In this document: positions 1 through 11,875 of the stretch, piece after piece
Numbering within the stretch: position 1 is the first letter of the stretch
Layout: each line of letters begins with the position of its first letter
Source: Trichosphaerium sp. ATCC 40318
Taxonomy: Eukaryota; Protista; Tubulinea
Assembly (NCBI GenBank): GCA_038496445.1
Contig: JALMLS010000577.1
Location: 1,191,014-1,255,013, forward strand
DNA length: 64,000 bases
Direction: 5' to 3'
Position numbers and translations under genes: made by a program
The notes under the pieces: model-generated
What the model was told of the DNA's origin: nothing
Database searches by the model: none
Seen by the model: the letters and a program-made list of their open reading frames with translations, nothing else

Positions 1-576
1 GTTGCTTTTGGTAATCACTTGGGAAGAGTGAAGTCGTTCCGCGCACTGGCGCTAACAAAAGAAGGTATTGACACAATCAAGAGAGAAGACACTATTTGGC
101 CTTCTGGCCGGCTCAAAACATCTAAGGAGAACCTAATGCAGCTTTTTAATGAGAAAGGTGTCAAATTTATGTGTTATGCAAGGTTGTACATTGGCATGCG
201 CCTTGTGCCATATGACCCAACGCTATCACTTCACGATGACCCCGAGACGGCAGTTACAATTGCAGGTGGCTATGTAGAACGAGGTAAAGTGCTGCATCTG
301 TTTGAACTCGATGTGCCAAAAATTGAATCATGTGGGTACACAGTAAGGGATGTACAAGATACAGAAAGAGAACACAGATGGTTCAAGCATAGAGGTGTCA
401 TGTTTGATGCAAATTTGGAACGTACAGAGAGATACGCCATTTTCGAGATACCATTCTTAAAAGAGCGATTGGTTAGCTTGAAGTTACTCAAATCAAACAA
501 AGAAATCACTGATTTTATAGAACCGTTCAAGCAAAAGATGTTGGCATTGTACAAAGCGTCAGGAGAACAACGCTAA
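1..576 (+). CDS. Hypothetical protein, probably 5'-partial (frame open from base 1)
   Basis: Uninterrupted frame to TAA at 576 followed by an AT-rich tail with AATAAA; no family confidently recognised. Confidence 0.6.
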   Translation, partial: VAFGNHLGRVKSFRALALTKEGIDTIKREDTIWPSGRLKTSKENLMQLFNEKGVKFMCYARLYIGMRLVPYDPTLSLHDDPETAVTIAGGYVERGKVLHLFELDVPKIESCGYTVRDVQDTEREHRWFKHRGVMFDANLERTERYAIFEIPFLKERLVSLKLLKSNKEITDFIEPFKQKMLALYKASGEQR

Positions 577-800
577 ACAATTAAAAATAAAAACAAATGC
601 TGTAAATTTGTACTTGCATTGCATTGTATTTAAAGTAGTGTACGTGAGTAGAGCGAAGTAGTTGTAGCCGATTATAGGCTGGTAGAGAGTTTCTTACAAA
701 TTTAAACGGATTTTAAAAAGATTTTGCCCTTCAAATTTTTATCCGCTGTGTTGCCTTTGATCACGACCACCAATCGCCACCTTTCGGTAAAATCTTTATA

Positions 801-3248
801 ATGGCACAAAAAGGAACCAAAACACAACCTCCCTTGCAATTTTCATGTGCGTATGGATTTTTTTTTTGTTAGTGTAATCAAACTCCCATCTAATGATCTC
901 CAGACTTTAGCGGGTCTGCAGGCGTGATTGTTAGGCATGGGCCTCCAAAGGGGAAGGAAGAGAAAGAGTTAGGTGTACTGAAAGGTGCTGGAGTATGGGA
1001 ATATAGTCCAAACGGCGCCTACATTGCGGGGTGTTTGGCTAGCTGCGTGAAAGTGTATGCTGCAAACGACTTTTCTTTAGTAGCCGAGATACCTGCTGTA
1101 AAAGCCAGTAAGGTGTATTTCTCACCTCGCAGCACTTACGTGTGCGTTTGGAATCGCTCACAGAAAAAGGTGAGTTATTCTGTTCCGTTACGCACTATAC
1201 GCCTTCCATTGTAAACGTAGTAACATTACGTTCGGGTTTTTCAATTTTTGGTCGTGGTTGCGAAGATAACCCATACCACACTTTCACTGTTGCTCGTTAG
1301 TTTCGTCTTTGTATTAATCGATGAGTAGGCTGACGGAAAACGCGATCCAAACTTCACTGTTTATGATATCAAAAATAAAAAGGTTATGGCGAGTTGGACG
1401 GTACGGAGAAACGCACACTAACTTTTACTCTTTTGATGGGGTTTTGAAACCCTTCATTCGCAATTTCTTTCTTAAAAAAGACTACTACGTCGTTACGCTT
1501 TTCTGACACTGTGTAAGGTTATTAATGTAAATAATTGGCCAAGTTTGCAATGGAGTAATGATGAGTCTATTGCTGTTCGTCTCATAAATAGCGCACTTCT
1601 CATTTTTCACGGCAATGACTTGCACACATCAAAAGTCGAGATTAAAATGGACAAACTCAAATCATTCAGGATAGGCAAAGGCAAAAAAGATAAACGCATA
1701 GCTGCGTTCGTACCAGAATTCAAGGTAAGGCGCCTGTGACATTTTCAGTTCTTTTGATTGTTTGATTGTTTTTTTTTCTGAATATTGATAAAATATTATC
1801 GTCTATTTTGTACATTTTCTATGCTTACCTTCTTCACAGTCGAACCCTGGTGTTGTAAAGATTTTTTGTGTTACTATAAAGGATGGTCAATGGGCTTGCA
1901 GAGAAGAAGCTAGTAAAACGTTTTTCAGGGCATCGTACGTTCTCAAATTGGTCTGGCTGGTTTTTTTTTTTTCAATAAACCCAATATCAGTTATACTCAG
2001 CTTATTTTAACTCTAATGTAGAGATGTGAGTTACTACTGGAATAGCAAATCCACAAGTCTACTTGTACGCGCACAAACAGATGTTGACGCTCAGGGACGG
2101 TCTTACTACGGAGAATCAAGGTTGTATTATCTTAGACCAAATCAACAAACCCCAGATATAAAAACTAGTATGCACCTAACCTTTCAATTTTACCTCTTTA
2201 TAATTATACTTTGCCTTTCCTAATACTGGACAGAGGGAGTGATTCATATGGTTGATTGGGAACCTAATGGTGATTTCTTCGCTGTGGCTCACGGAGGTTC
2301 GTGGTACCGTATTACTCCGTCTCTTATTTAACGTTTAGATATGCCTCATGTTAATGTCACTATCTACCACCGTAACGGATCTGTTAATAAGCAAATAAAA
2401 CTTAAAACAGCCAGAAATTACGTAAAATTCAGCCCTTGTGGTCGATTGCTTATTGTGGGCGCTTTTGGATCACTATCCGGTGATGTTGTACGTTCAGAGA
2501 ATTTTTGAAGTTGATTTGAAGTACTTATTTGGTTTGAATAGAACATCTACGATTGGAAAGCCCCTAGACTTGTTGGATTTTTCAAGGCGTACTGTGCCAG
2601 CCATGTAGAGTGGAGTCCTGATTCCAAATTCATCATCGCTGCTGTTTTATCACCACGTATGCGTGTTGATAATGGTGTAAAAATATTTAAGCGTGATGGC
2701 ACGCAAATATTAGAAATGCCTATTGAGAAGTTGTACAAGGTACACAAAATTTTTTTTTTCTGAAACTCGTACTTACATTATCATTTAAATAGGTCGGATG
2801 GAGGCCAGCAATCCCAGGTGTTTATCCAAAGGATGTACTTAACATGCCAACCAAAATGGCACCTGCTGCTAAGAAAGAGAGCGTCTACAGACCTCCTAGT
2901 GCGAGAGCAGGCGCTTCCAGCATACCTGGCAGTCAGGCACGTTTTTTTTCTCCTTTTTTCAAAACTGTTGAAAATCTACTTTGTAAGTTGCTAATGTAAA
3001 TGTAGCGTGCTCCTACCACTGGTGGACGTTTTATCCCAGGTTCATCCAGAAGTGTGCCTGGTAGCCAACGTAGTGTTCCAGGATCCCAACGCAGTGTTCC
3101 AGGTGCTCAGCGCTACATACCAGGTGCAACACCAGCTAGTGATCACAACACTATCAAAGTTAACACGTCTGTGAATACACATACGCAACGTGGTGCTACA
3201 AGAGGTGGTCGTCGAGGGAGAGGAAGAGGTAGAGGTGGTAAACAGTGA
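801..3248 (+). CDS. EIF2A: Eukaryotic translation initiation factor 2A (multi-exon)
   Basis: Spliced peptides LQWSNDES, TDVDAQGRSYYGESRLYYL, GAFGSLSGDV, VLSPRMRVDNGVKIF and YRPPSAR match eIF2A motifs; ATG 801, TGA 3248. Confidence 0.9.
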
Positions 3249-3471
3249 TACCTGTGCCTGAATAAATAATTCAAGAAAGTATTGATTGTTGTGTGCAAGC
3301 CTTTTCCGTTATAGTGTCAATAGCCTCCCATCCTACACTAGTAATGCATCAGATTAATTTTTTGATGGAAAATGGCGTAGCTGACTAAACCCGACCATTT
3401 ACTGATTTTATTGGCATACCTTTTGGTTTGTAAAACAGGTCGTTGTAAGGTGGTATAACCAAAATTGCGGC

Positions 3472-5575
3472 ATGTTTCTTCGCGCTGCATCAGTAAATAC
3501 GACTCGCTGTGCTTGTACAGAACGAAGGTGCGCATTTTTACGCTTCTTAGAGTGGTAATACGCCTATTGGACCTCATTATAGTCAATAGCACTAAAACAG
3601 CCACTCGTGCCTACGTGAGTGAGTATGGCATTCAACCAGGCGAAAATTTCAAGCCTACGCAGTGGAGTAGAATCGCGAATGCCCCCAGAATCCATGCAGT
3701 GATTCCAGAGGGTAAAACAGACGATTTAGTCAAAAGGACGCAAGTAATAGTGAAACAACACTACAAGGAATGGCTTTCTCGTCAGGATAACTTGGAAGAG
3801 CAACAGCAAAAAGTGCTTGGCGACATGTTTTGCAAAGTTTTGCCTGGGTACAAAGCGCATTGGTTTTGTTTGGCGTAACAGCGCCTTTAGATACGCTAAT
3901 GGACCAGATGGCACTTTTAAACTCGACATGAGACTCACCAGGCCGTACTTTTATGAAAGAGACACTGTCATCAACTACATGGAACCACAATTACGCAAAG
4001 AAAAACCAGATGTATCTGTACACGTTTATCGCGCACCGAAGGTACCGTCAGCCGCCATTCAGAAGAATTTTAACCATTTTAATTCATTTTGCTAATTTAT
4101 CGAATAGAAAGCAGGTAAAACAGCTGCTATGCTATTCCCTTCGCGTAACAATTTAATGATTTACATGTCATGCAAACCTGAGGACCAAGACGTACAACAC
4201 AAGCACGTATTGGGCATGCTTCATGAAAAACTTTCATTGCCTACTGAACGCGCAGATCTTGTTCGTAATAGACGTATTGCAAGAAATATTTTCTTATGTG
4301 ATGCTATTTCAAGAACAGCAGTGTTGAAGGTTTGTTACTTACATTTCATTTTTTTTGTCCCTTTAATTTCAAGAAATGTTTTACTCATTTATGTCTATAG
4401 GGTTGGGTCCATGGTCAAGTGCGTATTATTCTTAAGTTTCAGTTATCTTTGTAATTGTTCTTTATGTACTCCTTTACGCATAGCTTGCGCTGAGGGCATT
4501 GAACGACATTTTTGTTTAAACAGTGTTGGAAAAAAGTTGAAGAGTTGACGCTATTTTTTAGACACCTGATGTAAGAGAACAATACTGGATAAAGTACTTT
4601 TTATCTGCTAGTACAGATATTTCATTACCAGTGTTCAAAGAGCTTCTTGATGAATATGATGTCACAAATAAGGATACAAGAAAGACTTTGCTTGAAGAAC
4701 TAAATATTGTTATTGGCGGTACATACTCCCGTTTTTTTTGTTTGTCTTATTCTGTTAGGTACCGAAAAGTTATCATTGAGGAGAGCTTTACGTAAACCTC
4801 TTACTGTTATTACTGCGATTGATGACTTGGATATGGGAGCTGATAGGTTTAATGATATGCTCGTATCGAATGCATTTTTGGAAGGAGGGAAGGAATTAGG
4901 TATGGCACGTGATGAAAACAGACGAGGTAAGACATGAAAAAGGTTTTATATTCTGGGTTTCTAAATTCCTACCAGGATATGTCTATCCTATGATTGAGGC
5001 ATGGAAAACAACGCCTATATTGGCTGGTTGTGAGAGTATTCCACTAGTACACTTGAATGATGTTGGTACGATCTTTTGAATGCTTTGTTTGTGTTTCTTT
5101 ATTTTATTTTTTGTTGTTGCTGTTTTTCCTTTTATTTACCTTTTATTTAGCTCCAGGAAAACGAACAGTCCGCCCTGTGATCAAGTACAAAGTTCTATTA
5201 TAAAACCATACTTACATCTCACCCTTTAGCCCAAAGAAGACACGAACTTTACCGTTTTTTTACGAAGGAGATACAGCTCAAGCTCTCAAGCAATATCTAA
5301 ACTGGGATAAATTACCAGAGCATTATCTTGCCTCTGCCGGTGCAGCTCTTAGTGGAGAACTTGCACATGTGTATAGGTTTATTCAGGCCGTTTATGAAAC
5401 AAAGGCAGCTGAGGTACGTCCTTTACTTATGGTTGTAATCGAGTTCTGTTGTTTTTTTCTCATTTTTCTCATTCTTCTTTTTTTTTTGTTAACTGTTTGT
5501 TTTTAGCCTTCTGCTTCAGATGAAAAAGTTGTCGCTGGTGTTTTAAAAAAACATGGTATAGATATAAGCGTTTAA
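3472..5575 (+). CDS. P-loop NTPase-like protein, multi-exon, possible mitochondrial presequence
   Basis: Splicing joins VYRAPK|KAGKT (Walker A-like); later VITAIDD (Walker B-like); N-terminus MFLRAAS...TKTATRAY; start uncertain. Confidence 0.55.
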
Positions 5576-5739
5576 TTTGGGAAGTATTTCTAAAAAACCA
5601 GACACTTGTACCTTAATCCAATAAACAACTCAACAATTTATGTAAACTGTCCCTTATTGTCACGTCCTCATTTTTTATAATCAATGTCGTGAAATGTCCC
5701 AATCCTATTTACTCTTTGGAACCTCTTTTTGGCTCTTTA

Positions 5740-5945
5740 CTTGAACTAGAGTAGCCGTTGCACTATCAACCGGGAAATTGCGAAACACATTTCTGCTAAA
5801 TGGGGAATATTATTTCCCAGCTTATTTACCCTTAGAACTTCATTGTTATAGCGCTGTCCTTGAACCAGAGGAGCCCTTTCACTCTCACACAACCGGGAAA
5901 TTACGAAACACATTTCTGCTAAACGGGAATTATTATTTCCCAGCT
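5740..5945. repeat. Imperfect direct duplication (~85 bp units at ~5740 and ~5859)
   Basis: AACCGGGAAATT(G/A)CGAAACACATTTCTGCTAAA...TATTATTTCCCAGCT occurs twice. Confidence 0.85.
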
Positions 5946-6093
5946 ATATCCTCTAGTACATAAACTTTGCTAGTATTATATCACGTGATATTACATATGT
6001 TTGCTGAATGTGTACATCTCGAATGCTCTCGCTAAGTGCTGTGAATATCATAATAAATTAAGTGGATCACATATATAACAACGACTTGTTGAC

Positions 6094-7655
6094 ATGATTG
6101 TTGAAATAATTCTCTCACTTGTAGTTGTGGCTATTGCAGCCACATGTGTAAAAAACTGGTCTAGAAAAAGAAGAAACCTTCCTCCTGGTCCTTTATCACT
6201 ACCGATAATAGGTGACTTGCATTTATTTGGTGATCCGGGACAATTTAGTAACTGTATAATCTCAATGGCTAAACAGTACGACGGAATCTTCAGTCTAGAT
6301 ATGGGGAATCGTACAGCAATATTTTTAAGTACTCTACCACTCATCAAAGAAGCGTTTGTGAAGAAAAACAAAACGTTCTCCAATAGACCTAAAACACTTA
6401 TTCCTGTCGAACTTGGATGGTACAATACATTGTTTACTTGTTGGTTATTTATAGTACCTATGTTGCCAAAAATACATAAAGAGTTGTTCGCTTTCACTTT
6501 AATAAAACTCAACTAAAAAACCCCACAACTTTCCGTCTTTCGTATCAACCCTGACTGAATCAATTTAGGGGAAAAGATCCAACTGGTGGTACATTATTTG
6601 CAAATGGAGAGCACCATAAAGCAGCCCGTTTGATTTGGAGTACTCACGTGATTAACCATCAAAACATGAACAAGGCAGTGAACATTCATATAGAACAAGT
6701 ACAAAGGAGCTACAAGCACCTAGTCAAACTCGCTGAGAATAAATCAATAATTGGTGCTGAATCAATATCATCAACTGTAGCTTTTGACTCAATTTCTCAA
6801 CTCCTGTTTGGTCAAAATGGCTTTGGTATGGACAACGACATTGGAGGATTGTTTCACACGCAAGAAGAAGCAATGAAAGAAGTTAACAGACCATTCCTTG
6901 GAGATTATATTCCAATGCTTCGTTTCTTGCAGAAGGACCGAGAAAAGAAATACCTAGAAAACTGTGACAGGCGCGATAAATGCCTCAGTAATATCTTTGA
7001 ATCAAGAAAACCAAGTGACAACAACATTGTTGATGTGATACTCAAACATGTTCCTTCGAAACCAAGAGCAATGTCAATCGTTCAAGAGATACTCACAGGA
7101 GGGTTTGATAGTGTAGCCCAGACGCTACAAACAGCTTTAACTGCTCTCGCGAAGAACCAAAACGTTCAAGAGAAGCTATACCAAGCACTCAAGGATCACG
7201 ATGTTATGTCGTGCGATATTTCTGAGCTGAAGAATATCAATTATTTGACTTGGGTCATTCAAGAAACCTTCAGATATCGAGCAACAGCACCTATTTACGT
7301 CCAACACGAAGCTTCTGAAGATAGCGAAATAGGAGGTTACTTTGTGCCTAAAGGAGCGCTTATTATTGGACTACATGGATGTGTCACATCGTCGAAAAAA
7401 CGTTTTGGAGATCCTGAAGTATTCAGACCAGAAAGATGGGAGAAAGAACAAAAATACGATATTGCTCCTTTAAGTTTAGGTCCTCGCACGTGTCCTGGAA
7501 AGAAAATTGCAATGGTATTGCTGTATCGTCTCTTTGCAACGTATTTTGGAAAGCTAAAGTGGAGTGAAACTGAAGTTTCAAATGATGAGTCAACGCATTT
7601 TTGTGCTGTTAACAAGTACATTATAGAGCCACAGTTCTATGTCACCCTACGCTAA
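6094..7655 (+). CDS. Cytochrome P450 (one intron 6420-6568)
   Basis: N-terminal TM, PPGPLSLPIIG hinge, ETFR (ExxR), PERW, heme motif LSLGPRTCPG. Confidence 0.95.
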
Positions 7656-8008
7656 TGGGTGTGGATAATTGTAGACGCTGCAAACATAACCGTAGAGTTG
7701 TAGCTTATTATTAAGTGTACAAAAAGAGTTTAGCAACTTCTGTTTCATTATTGGATTTATTTTCCAGTGGCCTTCTTCGCCCAAAACCTAACCTCTCCTC
7801 TAGTGTACCATCAAGACAGAAGTGCATTCGGTAGAAGCTGGCTACACTTCTGACTGATTAGTAGCTCTTACTCTTTGAATCTACAGTTTTAAGCAATATT
7901 TAATGCCACGTGACACTGACTTGCGGCTACGCAGAAGCACTTCCTGTGCACAAAAAAAAGCAGAAGTGCTTCTTTATTTAGCATACCCATCAAGGAAAAC
8001 GTATTCTC

Positions 8009-11000
8009 ATGAGCGCATTGAACTTTCTCAGCGAGATATCTGTTACTGGTAAATTCTCTGGGGTATCAGGCAAACAACGCAATAAATTAAACGTTTGTCA
8101 GATTGTTTTAACTAACAGCAGGCAACGTAACACTACGACAAGTTTACCACAACGATAGTGATCATCCAGTTGAATGCGCTTTTGTATTCCCAAAATCGGC
8201 TAAAGCCATCATTACAGGCGTAGTGGTTAAAGTAGGAGATAAAGAGTTTCAAGGCAAGTAATTGTTTAACGAATTCTGTCACGAGAAGTTCTGATTTTCT
8301 GGTTTTTGATTAGCAAAGATCTCCTCCAAACTTGATGGCATAGAGATGTATGATGATGCAATAGCTGAAGGAAATACACCGTGTATGGTTGAGCAACGCC
8401 AAGAAGACGTTGTGAAGCTGTCAGTAGGTATTATATTCTTTCGACAATTTAGAAAAATATCGTTACCATTCAATAGGTAACCTTGCTCCTGGTGCTTCTG
8501 CAATAGTAGAAATGTTTATGGTTGTGGAGGCCTCATATGACATGGACAATAGATTACGGATTTCCACTCCCCTAACTCTACGTCCTCGTTTTCTTACCGG
8601 ACATGCTACAGGTCAGCAAAATGTCATGTTTTTTATTGTTTAAAGTGTCCTCTTACCAACAACAATAGGTTCTGTGACCAACGATGTTTCTTTCAAAAAT
8701 GATTCGCCGTATGCCTATGATTTAGAATATAGTATATCAATGCCTATGCCAATCATGGCTATCACCTCACCCTCCCATGATATACAAGGTCTTTTTTTTT
8801 GAAAGACATCTTTTTTTTTTTAATTCTATTGAAGTTGCATGGGATAATGGTGTAGCTATTGTCACTGCAGTACCTAGTGCATCACAAAACTGGCAGGATT
8901 TCGATATTGTGGTAGATACAGAACCTAGCACATCACCTAGAGTTGTATGTGAGACAAACGAAGAAGGGACACGTGCAGTACGTGTTATACAAATAAACTG
9001 TTTTTACTTACAAAGAATGGATTAGGTGCACGTGACTTGCTTCCCTTCATTTAAAAATAAGCCGCAATGTGTTAAACGTGAATTCATATTCTTACTTGAT
9101 AGAAGCGGGAGTATGTCAGGATCAAGGTAATGTTACGTTGCCATTCGTACACTAACAATAGATATTAGAATATCTCATGCAAAGTCTGCGCTACAGCTTT
9201 TTTTGAGAAGTATACCGGTTGACTGTATGTTCAACATCATTAGTTTTGGTAGTAGCCACGTGAGTTTATTCCCAAAAAGTATGGAGTACTCAAATGAGAC
9301 CCTCAAAAAGGCATCATCATCCGTTAATTCCATGGGCGCTGATCTAGGTACATATGTTGTCACATGTACCCTAACAACGTAAGGTGGTACTAATATCCTT
9401 GAACCTCTCAAATTTGCTCTGGAAACCTCTTATAGTGACTATCAAAAGACTGTTTTTCTTCTTACGGATGGGGAGGTAGATAATACACAGCATATCATTG
9501 AAGTTGTTCGTAGTAATTCACAACATGCCATAGTTTTTTCAAGTGCGTGATATTGAAAATATGGTTGTGACTAACTTACCATAGTTGGTGTTGGGTTATG
9601 TGCTTCAACTGCTCTAGTTGATGGTATTGCTGAAGCTGGTGGCGGAACTGCAGTTTATGTCAAACGTAGTGAGGACATTGCTCCCCAGATTATAGGTCAG
9701 GTACGTATACTAAGTACAATTTTAGCTCAACTTCCTTACTGTTTTTCAGCTGAAGACACTTCACCGACAACTCAAGATAACCTGGAGAGGAGTACATACT
9801 CAGAGCTTTCCTCAAGATGGTAGTAATATTGTTTTTAATGACGACAGTAGTGTATCTGTAATGGCTATAATTGGTGAAGAAAAATTAAGGTATCACAAAT
9901 GTATCATACATAAACTCTACTTTTTGTGCTAACTATAATTTAGTTCTGCCGAGCTGATACTCCTAAGTGAGGATGAAGAATATAGCGTAAATCTTGCAAG
10001 TGCTTTGTACACTCACGGCAACGCCTTACACCAAATATGCGCTAGTAAGTTGTTAAAATATAAAACCAAGGAAGACGCTTTGGCTATGGCTGTACATTAC
10101 TCTCTATTAACAAATGACACGTGTTTTGTTGCAATCGAAACAAAGAAGGAAAGTGTTTTGGGAGCAATGAAAAAAATAGATATTCCGTTGCCAATAGTAC
10201 AAGAGAAGAATGTTAATACTTACAACTACACCCCACCGACTCAGTACTCATCTGTTACACCTGCTAGCACCACTCCCGTTCTGCAATCACAGCTTCCCAA
10301 GCTTAAAAAACTACCAAAGGGAGCTCCCGGCGCCAGTGCGTTTGAGTACATCTATTTATTCCTAACTCCATACTATAGAGGTGCTTCATTCAGGAGCAAA
10401 TAACTATGCCCGGCGATACAAGGTACAACATGATCGTGTTAATGTACTTGTTAACTTGTGCAAGGCTACAATTGGAGCTGATTTCTTAGCAAAGGAATCC
10501 ACTCTTAGTGATGGATCAACTATTTCAACACAATTATGGGTACTTCTTGTGATGTATGTATGCTTTTCCTTAAATAGTGTAGGATACACCTGGAGTAGAA
10601 AGATTTCATGGTCTGGGACAGTCAACCTTTAGGGGAGTAGACTTATTTGTTGTAATATACTCTATTGTTGATAGACTATCCTTTAAGAACATAGAAGGCT
10701 GGATTGATACTGCTTGTTATGATTCACCTAGAGCAGTTTTTATGCTACTTGGAAACAAGGTAAACACTCCTTTCAAAATCCTGTTTATACTCATAAGTGC
10801 AGTTGGACTTAGAAGATAAGAGGGTTGTATCCACCTCTGAAGGTGAGGCCATTGCTTCACGACATGATATGTATTTCGCAGAAGTTTCTGCAAAAACCCT
10901 TGATGGTTTGGAGGAAGCAGTGCGTGTCATGTATCAAGGTACACTTAGATATTTCCAAGATTTTGTTGATTTGTTCATAGACGCCTACAGATCTTCTTTA

Positions 11001-11785
11001 AACAACAAATACTTTTCTGGCTGCAACAGAACGAAAAGTAAGTAGTATTTTTTTAAACCAGCTTTGTTGACATACTCTAGTCGTCATGTTAGGTGACGCC
11101 AACGTCGGGAAATCAGCACTTGAAAGGCAATTTTCTGGGTTCACTGTTGACTTGGCAGAATATGTTGACTATTTGAAACAAAACGGGTATGAGGGTCCCA
11201 GGGATTCTGCGGAAAACGACAATCAACAAAAAAATAACCCTGGTTTTTTCTCTCGCATGTTCTCCAGTCTGTTCAGGACACGAAGTTCTGAAAAACCAAA
11301 AACGCGTAAGATTATAAATGTAAATAGTTGGTTGACCTTGAGTAGCGGTGAAGCCAATAACCCACGTGCCAACACATACACAAAAAACAACGACAAGAAT
11401 CCACAGCGCAGAGCCTCCATCACTTATCGAATCAAGTGCTTCAACCAAAAACTTGATGGACATTGTTGTGCTTCAAAGGGCAAACGGAACTTGGATTCTT
11501 TCGCATGAATTTGCTACAGCATTGGGTCGTACACTAGAGGACATAAAGGCGGGTAGACCACAAAAGGTGACTTATATTTGTGTTTGTTTTGAGGATACTA
11601 AAAGGTTGTTATAGCCATCAGTTGATGATAGCACCTGGGCTACCATGCTAGCTGTGGAATACTTAGAAGCCATTCCGTCAAGAAAAGACGAATGGTTTCT
11701 AGTTGTCACTAAAGCTAAGGAGCAATTGAAAAATGTTGAGCCATCGTTGCTTATGCAAGCAAAACAATTTTGTAGCACAGATTGA
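8009..11785 (+). CDS. VIT-vWA (VWA5A/BCSC-1-like) protein with an inserted, circularly permuted Rab-like GTPase domain
   Basis: VIT (QVYHND..VECAFVFP, YDDAIAEG, GNLAPG); vWA MIDAS DRSGSM...GGT...LLTDGEV; Rab motifs YKATIGADF, WDTPG, GNKLD, EVSAK, then KIVMLGDANVGKS; C-terminal LQRANGTW...WATMLAV...EWFLV typical of VWA5A. Confidence 0.9.
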
Positions 11786-11875
11786 TTAGTGTACTTTAGC
11801 TGTAAATGTATTGACTCTGATTCGAGTTTGAGATTAATATTATATTGTCTTACTATGTACCACTACAGATATTCT

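Noticed and set aside
3817-3878. Frameshift between ORFs 3465-3878 and 3817-4095
   Set aside because: Explained by a short GTACAA...AACAG intron giving VLPGAFRY
10300-10398. GAPGAK upstream of G2 as a normal N-terminal P-loop
   Set aside because: Lacks GxxxxGK[ST] and the hydrophobic beta1 strand; the complete beta1-G1-alpha1 lies downstream at 11081-11140. At most a decayed remnant.
11086-11508. Second, independent Rab gene starting at MLGDANVGKS
   Set aside because: No G2-G5 follow; the exon splices in frame from the G5 exon and on to the VWA5A C-terminal domain
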